From assembly GCF_006345805.1 (NCBI RefSeq), contig NC_043004.1, forward strand, positions 105,834,001 through 105,898,000: 64,000 bases of DNA, written 5' to 3'. The notes under the pieces were generated by a model. It saw nothing but the letters and a program-made list of their open reading frames with translations. It was not told where the DNA came from and ran no database searches. The translations under genes and the position numbers were made by a program. Position 1 is the first letter of the stretch. The number at the start of each line of letters is the position of its first letter. The stretch comes from Octopus sinensis (taxonomy: Eukaryota). This document shows, piece by piece, positions 51,520-64,000 of this stretch.

Positions 51520-52750
51520 AGATCTTAGAATAGTACCTTGTTGTTTTTTATGAAACCAAGATATGTTATATTTACATTGAGGTAGTCTTTGTCAGACCAA
51601 AACAATAGTACCTTTGAGTAGTCTATAACAGGTCTAGCCAGATATTGTAATAATACCTTGATGTAGCCTATGTCAAACAAAGTGAGATATTGTAATAGTA
51701 CTATGAGGTCAGAACAAGACAGATATTGCAATAGTACCTTGATAGTCTATGTCAAACTAAAATAAATATTACAATAGTATGATATTGCATCAAGCCAAGA
51801 TAAATATTGTAAGAGTACCTTGAGGTAAGTTATATCAGACCAAAGGAGATATTGTAAAAGTAACTTTGTAGTCTGTGTCACACCAAACAGACTTAGGACA
51901 AATGTTAGGCGCAGGAGTGGCTGTGTGGTAAGTAGCTTGCTAACCAACCACATGGTTCCGGGTTCAGTCCCACCACGTGGCATCTTGGGCAAGTGTCTTC
52001 TGCTATAGCCCCGGGCCAACCAATGCCTTGTGAGTGGATTTGGTAGACGGAAACTGAAAGAAGCCTGTCGTATATATGTATATGTATATATATGTATATA
52101 TGTGTGTTTGTGTGTCTGTGTTTGTCCCCCTAGCATTGCTTGACAACCGATGCTGGTGTGTTTACGTCTCTGTCACTTAGCGGTTCGGCAAAAAAGAGAC
52201 CGATAGAATAAGTACTGGGCTTACAAAGAATAAGTTCCGGTGTCGATTTGCTCGACTAAAGGCGGTGCTCCAGCATGGCCACAGTCAAATTACTGAAACA
52301 AGTAAAAGAGAGAGATAAAAGAGAGATACCCTGAAATCTGTTTCAAACCCTGTCAACTATTGTGCAGATACATAGAGATTCTCATGCACATATTTCCATA
52401 CAAGGTCAGTGTTGGAATAGTACCCTGATATTTTGTATAGATGCCCTGAAAGTGTGACAATAGTATCCTCATATCCTGACACAGTCTATGTCAGACCTAG
52501 ATAGATGTTGCAGCTGTATCTTGACATCCTTTTGCATTCTAGGTTTAGACAGGTGCTGCAGTGATAATCTGATGTAGTTTATCTGAGTATCAGATTCACA
52601 TCGAAATAACACCTTGTTACCTTGATGCATTCTTTGTAAGACAGACAGGTGTTTCAACAATAATCTGTTAAGTAGAGACAGTTGCAGAACATACAACAGG
52701 ACATGTGCAGCACCAGCATCTTTTGAATCTATTTGCGGATAGGTGTGCAC
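51520..52750. repeat. Degenerate ~45-bp minisatellite interrupted by SINE A (51908-52325)
   Basis: Recurrent AGATATTGTAATAGTACCTTGA..TAGTCTATGTCAGACC. Confidence 0.7.
51908..52325 (+). mobile_element. SINE family A, young
   Basis: Near-identical to 34377-34789. Confidence 0.9.
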
Positions 52751-53329
52751 TGTTTGCTAGATAAGAGATAATGGTTGTTAGTCTACAATTCCCCACAGCA
52801 CCAACAGAAGAGTGCTGTTGGGAGCTAATTACAATACCTGACATTTGGGGAGTATTATACATTGCTCAACAATCTTTTCTATATTGGGTATCTGTACCAT
52901 GTAAAGGATCTTGTATAGACAGGCAGAGGCATAGCTGTGTGGTTAAGAAAATTCCTTTTCTTCTGTGTGGTTCATGGTTCAGTCCTATTGTGCACTACCA
53001 CAGATATGTGTTTTCTAACATGACCTCAAGTCGAGAAATATCTTGGGAGCAGAATTTGGTAGACAAAACCTATGTAGAAACCTTAGTTCATGTGTGTATG
53101 TGTACATGCCAGTCTGTGTGTGCGTGTGCGTGTATTTTTGCGATTGTGTTTCTTGTGTGTGTGTATGTGTGTGTGTGAATGCATGTGTACATGCACACAC
53201 ATGTGCATATGTGTGCCTATATACACATATATGTGTGTGTGTTTGTGAGCGTGTGCATTTCTGTGTGTGTGTGTTTGCATCTATGTATGTGCATGCCTGT
53301 GTGTATGCATATGTGTGTGTGTGTGTGTA

Positions 53330-53361
<32 letters not shown>

Positions 53362-54045
53362 TGCATGTATGCAGGAGTGTGTGTGTGCGTCTTTCAGGTG
53401 AAGGTCAAATTGTAGGATTCTTAAGTATGAAATGTCATGTTACATGACTGAGCAGCAGGCAATGAACGTGGATGACGTATAAAATTGGGAAGCAATGAGG
53501 TGCACATGTTTTGCTTGATATTGTTTTTCTGAATGATGAAGGACAAATGAGCTGAGGAAATAAAACTCTGTATAAGAGGAATCAAATACAGAGTACAAGA
53601 GAAAAAAAACTGTGCTGGTATGGGCACGAGATGCATACGAGGGATAATAGTTTAATAATGGATTGAACCAGTGTCATTGTCATCGTCGTCATCATTGTCA
53701 TCATCACCACCATCGTCATCATCTACGTTGTCATCGTCATCATTTTAACATCTACTTTTTTATACTTACATGAGTCAAATGGCTTTTATTGAGGCAGAGT
53801 TTTTACAGCTGGATGCCCTTCTTGTTGCCAACCCTCACATGTTTCAAAGCAAGGTAATATTTTCTCATGGCCGGGACATGCTTTGTCAGAATATTGGAAG
53901 TCAATGATACTGCTTGTCTGACAGTAACACTCATTTACAACAATCACATGATGCCAAGACAAGGAAACACAAACATATACACACTCACACTCATACACAA
54001 CTATTTATCTATCTATCTATCATCTTAATATATATATATATATCT

Positions 54046-54370
54046 TATACCACCAACGTGCTTTGCTTTCCTTTTTCTTTCTCTATGCTACCCCAAAAAA
54101 CATCGCCATTTCCCGCCCGTTTCTCTAAAGTACCTTCAATCCTTTAATTCGATCTTCACCATCATTTCTTCTCCGATTCACAGCGATGTCTATAAGCAAG
54201 CTAAGATTTCTCCCTTCTTTTTCATACATACATACATTTGCCTACCGTTTAAATGTTTTGAACTTATACCACCAACGTGCTTTGCTTTCCTTTTTCTTCT
54301 CTATGCTACCCCAAAAAACATCGCCATTTCCCCCCGTTTCTCTAAAGTACCTTCAATCCTTTAATTCGAT
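54046..54370. repeat. ~110-bp direct repeat pair
   Basis: TATACCACCAACGTGCTTTGC...TTAATTCGATCTTCA at about 54046 and 54266. Confidence 0.9.
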
Positions 54371-54779
54371 CTTCAACCATTCGCGGTGCGCCCGCCTTTC
54401 CCACCCCCACCACCAATACCGGTGAACACTGTTCTCACTGTTCACACCATCTACACCGGATATGCCTCCCCCCACCACCATTATGTGTGTCTCTCCCTCC
54501 TACCCCTCCTCCCCTCACATGCTTTCACTGTGTATTACCCCCCCCACCACCACCAAGACAAGCAGCTAGCACCGCAGCTCATCAACCGCCCCACTTATCC
54601 TACTTTCCTCCTGTTATTGAATCTGTCACTGCCTCAACCGGCTATCTCCTTCCAGTCCCCTCCCCCACTCGTGATGTCCTACGTTTTATTTCCTACGAAC
54701 CTGCATCAACCCTAGCTGTCATCGTTCCTCCTTACCCCAACCCTCCCCACTGGTGCTTCCCTATATTACCTGCACCCCC

Positions 54780-55080
54780 AAAAAGCACCATCCGAACGTG
54801 GCCGATGCCAGCGCCGCCTTGGCTGGCTTCCATGCCGCTGGCACATTAAAAGCTCGAACCGATCGTGACCGATGCCAGACCCACCCTGGCACCTGTGCAG
54901 GTGGCACGTAAAAAGCACCCACTACACTTGCGGAGTGGTTGGCGTTAGGAAGGGCATCCAGCTGTAGAAACTCTGCCAGATCAGACTGGAGCCTGGTGCA
55001 GCCTCCTGGTTTCCCAGACCCCGGTCAAACCGTCCAACCCGTGCTAGCGCGGAAAACGGACGTTAAACGATGATGATGAT
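54780..55080 (+). mobile_element. RTE 3' tail
   Basis: Conserved tail ending AAACGGACGTTAAAC(GAT)n then (TA)n. Confidence 0.9.
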
Positions 55081-55109
55081 ATATATATGGGGAAAATATT
55101 CCATCAATA

Positions 55110-55490
55110 TTATCCAAATTATAACGCTATTAAGTTTACAGTTCACCCAAGACTAGGTCCCCGTGCAATGCGCTTCTTACAAAGGTCAAGATCACATCAC
55201 ATAACAGCATTGCAGCACAATTTATTCACTTCAAATGGTCCTGTTTTTTTATATGTTATCCCGAAAGAAATTAAAGTATAAAAAGACCCCACAACTTTCA
55301 AAAGGTACCTGGACAAATTCCTCCAGGAAATACCAGATAAACCACCTACACCTGGATATGTCTCAGCCAACAACTCCCTGCTTGAGTGGTCCATAGTGTC
55401 CTGAATTAATTAATTAAAAGTCTTTTCCAGGTGGTGCTATTGAGTTAATCATGGCCTGGGCTGATAATGGCCAAAACCAATCTAAGTTAT
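55110..55490 (+). pseudogene. CR1/L2-group LINE 3' end
   Basis: HPRLG..TFKRYLDKFLQEIPDKPPTPGYVSANNSLLEW. Confidence 0.75.
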
Positions 55491-55568
55491 ATAAGTTATT
55501 TTCTCACACACACACATATATACATTTACATATATATACATTTATATTTATACATATGTATATACATT

Positions 55569-55611
<43 letters not shown>

Positions 55612-56747
55612 TATATATATATATATACATATATATACATATATATTATATTAAATTAGAGATAAAACCACTATTAGGCAAATCAAACAATTAAAAACAT
55701 AAGCCAATACATAAAATTAATTAATTTATATTATTTTAAATATATATCAAAAGTATTAAAAGATAATGAGTATATATACATATATATATATATGTGTGTG
55801 CGTGTATGTATATATAAATAAATATATATAATATATATATATAAATATGTGTGTGTGTGTATTTACAATGGACTTCTTTCAATTTCTGTCTACCAAATCT
55901 ACTTTGGTCAGCCTGGATCTATAGTACAAGATAATCGCCCAAGTTACCATACAGTGGGAACGAACCCAAAGCCATGTGGCTGAGAAGCAAACTTCTTAAC
56001 CACACAGCCACACCTGCACTACAATAGGGAGAGATGATAAATAATGGTAAATGTCGAAAGATACTGTAAAATGGCAGACCTGTCCAATTTCTGCTGGCTT
56101 GGAAAAATGGACAGAAGGTGGGGGGAGTGGGAGGGCGATGATCCTAACCTGAGCTGCTGCTGCTGCTGCTGCTTTTGTTACTGAGGTTGATATGAAGCTG
56201 AAGAAAATTCTTCATTCAGATGTCATTTGTGTCTTCTGGCACCCAATGTTTGGTTATGAATATCTCTCTCTCTCTTTTTCACTCTCTTTCTCTCTTTCAC
56301 TCTCTCTCTCTCTTTCTCTCTCTTTCCCACTCTCTTCCCTCCCTTCTTCCCACCCACCTTCCCTCCCTACCTCACCTGATCAAACAAATCAATCCAATAT
56401 TTGGTAAGATTCAATTGGTAGCAAAGAAATCTCCATTAAAGAACAAAACAGTAAAAATATACAAATAAATAAAAGAAAAAAGAGGTGAAAAAAATAAATT
56501 AATAGATAAATAAATCCTAAAACAGAAAATTACTTACACAATACACACATAAAACAAAAATAATAATAACCTCATCAAAAATCAATATATTAATAAGTTG
56601 GCTTTGATTGCTTTCTAACGAGTTCCTCAAGACTTCAATTTGTTCTCTAAGAAATTGATTTACAAATATGTCTTTAGAATATTATTTATCTATTTATTAA
56701 ATAATATTTCACTGTGATGTCCTGGTTTAAATACTATTTCTCTCTCT

Positions 56748-56780
<33 letters not shown>

Positions 56781-56924
56781 CCTCTCTCTCTTTCTCTCTT
56801 TCTCTCTCTCTCTCCCCTTGCACATTCCCTCTTATTACCTCCTATTTTTATTTTCTTCAAGAATGACACAATTCCTTTTGATTGACTTCATAATAATATG
56901 ATAGCTTTTTGCTTACTGAAACAC

Positions 56925-56940
56925 ATCATCATCATCATTA

Positions 56941-56986
<46 letters not shown>

Positions 56987-57010
56987 CATCATCATTATTA
57001 TTATTACTAC

Positions 57011-57061
<51 letters not shown>

Positions 57062-57070
57062 TACTATTTT
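56925..57070. repeat. (ATT)n/(CAT)n array
   Basis: Direct reading. Confidence 0.95.
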
Positions 57071-57325
57071 ATATTTTTTTTTATTCTCATTTGATCTGAT
57101 ATTAGTGAGCTGATAGAAAAATATATATTTTATCAACCCAAGAAGTTAACCATGCACTATGACAAGATATTCTCAGATGTCTGTCTACAGTATTTCAAAA
57201 ATGTCTTTTTTCCTAAAAATTTACATATATACAAACATACATATATACACACACACACACACATATATGTATATATATGTGTATATATATATATATAGAC
57301 ATATATGTATAGATATGTGTATATA

Positions 57326-57358
<33 letters not shown>

Positions 57359-57959
57359 GACATATATATATAAATATGTATATATATATATATATATATA
57401 TTTATTTATATTTATGTATGAAAATATGTATATACATATATGTGGTGGGGGAGGAGTACTCTTTAATTTACATTTATTTTTCAGGTTTTTGTCATTTTTC
57501 GTTATTTATTGTTGTTTTGTTTTCTTTGGCTTTAATCAATTTAATATTTTATTTTCAATTATTATTTCTATATGAAAACAAAAAGTATTCGAAAGACATG
57601 TGAAAACTGCCTATGACTATTATCATTATTATCATTGAGTCAGAAAGCAGTGCATGCCATTAAAGTGATACTGGGATATAAATATGCAAAACCCAATATA
57701 CCCATCATGACTACCCATCTGATAAGTGTACGCCAGGTACCTGCAGCACAACCAGATGTGCGTGACCTAGTGACCTCATATCAAGATAAACAGCACATGA
57801 CCATGCAGGTGGGGCCCAGTTGGAATTTTCTTTAGGTCAAGTAGTTTATCTTGCTCAAAGAGTTCCTCAATAAGGGTTGTTTAGGGACGATGAACCAAAC
57901 ATCCCTGTTTCCACAATTGAATTATTCAAACCCCAAAGAATCCCTCTCCAGCAAGTTGA

Positions 57960-58173
57960 AGAATCAGTAGCAGGCTGGCCAAAAGGCTTAGTGGCATTTC
58001 ATTTGTCTTTACTTTTTGAGTTCAAATTCTCCTGAGCTTGACTTTGCCTTTCACCCTTTTGAGGTCAATAACATAAGTACCAGCTGAGCACTGGGGTTGA
58101 TGTAATCAACAAACACTTCCCAAAAAAATTTCAGGCCTTGTGCTTATAGTAGAAAGGATTATTGTTATTGTTA

Positions 58174-58219
<46 letters not shown>

Positions 58220-59680
58220 GATGGCAGAGGGTAGGCTTGTAACCATGCTGAACAAAATGCTTAGTGGTATTTCATTTGTCTTCGTGTTCTGAGTTCAAAT
58301 TCCACACAAGCTGACTTTGTCTTTCAACCTTTCAGGGTCGATAAAATAAATACCAGTCAAGTACTGTGATTAATGTAATTACTTGCCCCACCCTCACAAA
58401 ATTTTAAACCTTATGCCAATAGTAGAAAAGATCATCATTATCATCATCATCGTCATCATCAGCATCATTATCATCATCATCATTATTATTATTCTTTTAA
58501 CTCAGGTTTTGTTGAAATTCTTTATAAATTTTAATTCATCTAACTTTATATTGTTTAATGTCTTTCCCTAATACCGTCTTCCTCATATAATTTTGTCTTT
58601 CATCTTTTTGAGGTCAATGAAATAAGTACCAGCCAAGCACAAAGGGTCAGTGTAATCAACTAGCCCCCTCCTCCAACATTTCAGACCTTCTGCTTATAAC
58701 AGAAATAATTATAAGGTGGCAAACTGGCAGAATTGTTAGCATGTTGGACGAAATGCTTCTTGGCATTTCTTCCATCTTTTCCTTCAAAAACCAAATTCCA
58801 CCAAGTTTGACCAAGGCTTTCCTTCTTTTGAGTTTAATGAAATAAGTATCAAAATTTCAGACCTTCTGCCTATAACCGTGAGGATTCATCACTACCATCA
58901 TCATCATCGTCATCATCATTTAACCTCTGTTTTCCAGTCAAAGGATTGTGCCAAGTTCTACTGTGTGTTTTGGTTTCTATGGCTGGTCGCCCTTCCTAAT
59001 GCTTTTTATGCACCAATACTGGCAAGATCACTACGTACTAATTTACAAGACAAAGATCCCTCAGCTGAGAAGGGGATTAGTACCGAAGAGGATTAGTGCC
59101 AAGTGATGTGAGGTTAAACGGTGAAAGAGGAACAGAAATAGGTGTCTTGCTGCTGAGGAGATACATGGCTACCCCAGCCAGAAGAGAGAGAGAGAGTGGG
59201 GGGAAGGGGTTGTGGTGAAGATGTGCCATAGGGATCCTTCACAGTACAAGGAAGTGAATGTAAGTGGAGTGGTACAAAGGATTGGACAGGGTGAGTGAGC
59301 AGAAGGAGTACATGAGAGTGCAAAATAAGAGTAGATAAAGTGGGAGGGAAGGACTCTTCTTCTTCTTCTTCTTCTTCTTCTTCTTCTTCTTCTTCTTCTT
59401 CTTCTTCTTCTTCTTCTCATTATCATCATTATTATTATTATTATTATTACATTTTTTTTTCTTCTTTCAAATTTTCTTCCATTTCTTGCCGAGTGTCTTC
59501 CCGACTCCTAGGGCAAAGAAACTCATAGTGTATATTGGTAGGCCATTAAACCAAACTCAGTAGTTCGTTCATTTTTTTTTTTTTTTTTTTTTTAAAGTTA
59601 AATTAAAATACATGAGCAGCAACAGTTCTCACATCGACAATGTTCTTCTCAATACGTGTGATGTACCAGTTAAGACAATC

Positions 59681-59762
<82 letters not shown>

Positions 59763-61026
59763 TATTATTATTATTAAGGTGGTGAGCTGGCAGAATTGTT
59801 AGCAAGTTGGGGGCAAAATGCTTTGCAACATTTCATCCACCTTTACATTCTGGGTTCAAATTCCGCCAATGTTGATTTTGTCTTTCGAGGTTGATCAATT
59901 TAGTACCAGTGAAACACTAAGGTCGATATAATCAGCTATTACCCTTCCCACAAAATTTCAGGTCTCGTGCCTATAATAGAAAGGATTATTATTATTATTA
60001 TTGAGGCAGTGAGGTGGCAGAATCATTAGCATGCCAGACAAAGTGGTTGGCAGAATTTCACCCATTCATATTCTGAGTTCAAATTCAGTTGAAGTTGATA
60101 ATGCTTTTCAACATTTTAGGGCCAATGAAACAAGTATCAGTTGAACACTGGGGTTAATATAATCAACTAGACCCCTCTCCCAAAACTTCAGGCCTTTTGT
60201 CCATAGTATAAAGGATTATTATTATTATTTTCATAGATGCAGGCATGGCTGTTTGGTAAGAAGCTTGCTTCCCAAACACATGGTTCCAGGTTCAGTCACG
60301 GCACCTTGGGCAAGTGTCTTTTGTTATAGCCTTGGGACGACTAAAGCCTTGTGAGTGAATTTGGTAGACGGAAACTGAAAGAAGCCTGTTGTATATATAT
60401 ATATATTTATGTATATATCTATGTGTGTTTTTGTGTCTGTGTTTGTGTGTGTGTGTGTACGTGTGTCCACCATTATCGCTTAACAATCAATGTTGGTGTG
60501 CTCACGTCTCCATAACTTAGCAGTTTGGCAAAAGAGAACATTAGAAAAAGGTATTAGGTTTACAAAGAATGAGTTCTGCAGTCAATTTCTGCAACTAAAA
60601 AATATCCTTTAAAGCTATGCTCCAGCATGGCTGTGGTCAAATGACTGAAACAAGTAAAAGAATAAGAGAATATATAGTAGTTTTATTGTCATGCCAATAT
60701 AACAAACAAATTCATTCCATCTGAGAGTTATTCCCCTCTTCCAGTCTGCCAGCAATTTCAGTTCTGTAGAAGCTGATATCATTAAAAGTTCTAACTACAA
60801 TATTTGCTGTCTGCTGGGCTGCTTGTAGAAATATCTTATCTAAGATAGTTAAATTGGATTGCTTGCTTGTTGATAGATGAGAAGATATAAATTAATTACC
60901 ATAGTGGCTGATTAATTTTCAGCAGTTCCATTTCTTTACTTTTTTAAAAGACTATTTTATGTGTATGGCATTTGTATGTATGTTTGTATGTATGTATATT
61001 TGTATATATGTATGTATATATATATA

Positions 61027-61069
<43 letters not shown>

Positions 61070-61749
61070 TCTTTTAATTCTTTGCAAAACTCCAGAATAT
61101 CACTAACAAGTGTTTTACTGTTGAGTGTGATATGAGTTTGATATCATGATATCATGTACATCTATGGCAATGTGTAATAAAATCCATGAAATATATCTTC
61201 AAGTGTTTGTATATGAATACTAAAAACTGCATTTTTTTTTTTTAGTCGCCTTATTTAACAAAATTTGAATTTTTCACTGGTGAAATCTCTTCTCCATATT
61301 TCCATCCTGTTAGTGAAGTTCTTAGATTTTTTTTCTTTTGCTGGTTTGTGAAGATGTGAGCCAAATATTTCTGCATCTTCTGGTACAGCAACATTGTTTT
61401 TCCACTCATCAATGTGGAAACTGGGGAGATTTTTATGCTCTTATTACAAAGGTGGAGTACCATTGGTGGAGTACCATTGGTGGAGTACCATTGGTGGAGT
61501 ACCATTGGTGGAGTACCATTTGTTTTAGTCATTTAGTCATTTACTTGTTTCAATCATTTGACCGTGGCCATGCTGGAGCACTGCCTTTAGTCAAACAAAT
61601 TGACCCTAAAACTTATTCTTTGTAAGCCTAGTACTTATTCTAACAGTCTCTTTTGCCAAATTGCTAAGTTACAGGGACGTAAACGCACCAACATCGGTTG
61701 TCAAGCGATGGCAGGAGGACAAGCACAAACACACACACACAAATATATG

Positions 61750-61793
<44 letters not shown>

Positions 61794-62310
61794 ACGAACT
61801 TCTTTCAGTTTCCGTCTACCAAATCCACTCACTCACAAGACTTTGGTCGGCCCGAGGCTATAGTAGAAGACATTTGCTCAAGGTGCCATGCAGTGGGGCT
61901 GAACCTGGAAACATGTGGTTGGGAAGCAAGCTTCTTATCACACAGCCTTTACATTCCGAGTTCAAATTCTACCCAGGTCAACTTAACCTTTCATCCTTTC
62001 AGGGGTTGAGCTCTGGGGGACAATGTAATTGACTTACCCCCACCCTTGAAATTGCTGGCCTTGTGCCAAAATTTGAGTTGTATAGGAGGAGTAAAGTGAA
62101 AAGCTGGCAGAATCATTAGCACATCAGACAAAATGCTTCGTGGTTCTTCTTCTGGCTTCATGTACTTGGTTCAAATTCTACCAAAGCCAATTTTGCCTTT
62201 CACCCTTTTGGGGGGTCAGGGAAATAAGTTCCAGTCAAGCACTGGGATCAATGGAATTGATTAGGGCCCTCCCCTAAAATTTCAGGCTTTGTGCCTATAG
62301 CTGAAAGGAT
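57960..62310 (+). mobile_element. Cluster of about 8 co-oriented SINE C copies with interspersed SINE A and RTE tails
   Basis: Copies at about 57960, 58220, 58590, 58715, 59776, 60005, 61945 and 62100, several joined by (ATT)n. Confidence 0.75.
61451..61520. repeat. Perfect 5 x 14-bp tandem repeat
   Basis: (GGTGGAGTACCATT)5. Confidence 0.95.
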
Positions 62311-62416
62311 TATACAGGTGGGGTAAACATTTTCTCTTCTTTTTTCTGTCAAGTTTAACAAAATATATAATGATTGCTGTTCAATTTCAGGGTGGAGATT
62401 TAAGTTCTTCACTTCC

Positions 62417-62458
<42 letters not shown>

Positions 62459-63119
62459 CATATGATGGGTTTCTTTCAGTTTCCGTCTACCAAATCCACT
62501 CACAAGGCTTTGGTCGGTCTGAGGCTATAGTAGAAGACACTTGTCCAAGGTGTCACGCAGTGGAACTGAACCCGGTACCATATGGTTGATAAGCAAGCTA
62601 CCTACCACACAGCCACTCCTGCATGCACATGCACACACACACACATACATATATATTTATAAACTCGGATCCGTGTGCATCATGTAAGGCTAGAAATGGA
62701 AACGATGATTTCCCTTCACAAATACTGATTGGACACAGACAGTGTGTCGTTAACCAGCTGGAGGAGATGTCTTCCTGGGGCTACAAACAACAGTATCACC
62801 ATCCCATAAGGGTCAGCCACATTTAGGTGGCAAATATACTTCATGATGTGCTGCTACTGTTTACATCTCACTCAGAGATTAATTATGGCTATACATACAT
62901 ATATATATATATATGTAGTTAGGTAGGTAGATAATATTTATGTGTGTATATACATATACAGATAGCTTTGTCTGTGAGTGTGTGTGTGCAAAGTATGACA
63001 AAATTCTACACTGTTGATATCACTAATACCTTGTATTTCATAATTAACTCTGGCACCTGTACATTCTATTGCTTGTCACACACTACAATAACCAACCAAT
63101 CAATTGGTTTACTAGAGTA

Positions 63120-63158
63120 TTAACAAGTCTATCTACCTATGTATGGATAAACATAACA

Positions 63159-63189
<31 letters not shown>

Positions 63190-63231
63190 TAATGTATCCA
63201 CACACACACACACACATACATACACACATAT

Positions 63232-63317
<86 letters not shown>

Positions 63318-63459
63318 AAACATATACATATACATATATATGTGTGTCTGTATGTGTGTGTGTACCTATATATATATATATCTGTACATATATAGAGATA
63401 TGTATAGATATATATACATATATGTATAATAATACATATAAGTATAAATCTGTGTGTGT

Positions 63460-63498
<39 letters not shown>

Positions 63499-63505
63499 TG
63501 AGTGT

Positions 63506-63559
<54 letters not shown>

Positions 63560-63980
63560 AACTAATTCCAAAGTAATTGGGATCTTATGTGTGGAAAAAT
63601 CGAATCCTCTGTCTGATGTAAAAATAAGAAGGAAATTAGGGAGAGATCTTGATTATCATGATGATGATGATGGTGTTGATGAAGACAACGACGATAATGA
63701 TTTATGGATGGTGATAAAGGTAACAATAATGAATTATGGATGCTCATAATGACTGTGAATTATGAATGATGATGACAATGATAATCATGGCGACAGTGAC
63801 AATGATGTAAATGATGATGATACTGATGATGAATTATGAATGATAAGAATCAAGTTGATAATGGTGATAATAACAAATTATAGATATTGATGATAACGAC
63901 GATGATGATAATGATGATAATGATGATGATGATAATAACGATGATGATGATGACGATGATGACGACAACGATGATGATCT
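63120..63980. repeat. (TA)n, (TG)n and degenerate (GAT/AAT)n arrays
   Basis: Direct reading. Confidence 0.95.
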
Positions 63981-64000
63981 TAATAGGGATTGATTATGGA

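Noticed and set aside
61451-61520. CRISPR-like array
   Set aside because: Units are contiguous with no spacers; eukaryotic context
62650-62826. Open frame INSDPCASCKARNG..
   Set aside because: No known motif or clear splice signals; cannot be supported

Overview
AT-rich, microsatellite-saturated eukaryotic DNA with no identifiable protein-coding host exon. It is probably intronic or intergenic octopus (cephalopod) sequence; that assignment is an inference from the SINE/RTE repertoire and the (TA)/(CA)/(CAT) load. Most ORFs in the supplied track are microsatellite or transposon artefacts. Recognisable content: a 2.3-kb 5'-truncated RTE LINE with a PHD-type zinc finger inside its RT, many RTE 3' tails, at least four tRNA-derived SINE families, CR1-like and Jockey/I-like LINE relics, mariner and DD37D (maT) relics, hAT, piggyBac-like and foldback MITEs, a non-autonomous Helitron, and a 900-bp tandem duplication. 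The main discovery candidate is a set of short elements, mostly embedded in (TA)n, that carry minimal type I hammerhead ribozyme motifs. One is canonical (43300-43361, minus), one is near-canonical (47092-47129, minus), one sits behind a tRNA-type Pol III promoter (31241-31560), a four-copy family varies at core position 6, and three more are decayed. Also notable are a candidate recursive splice site at 1149/1150 and several perfect foldback palindromes centred on (TA)n. Coordinates of decayed repeats are approximate.
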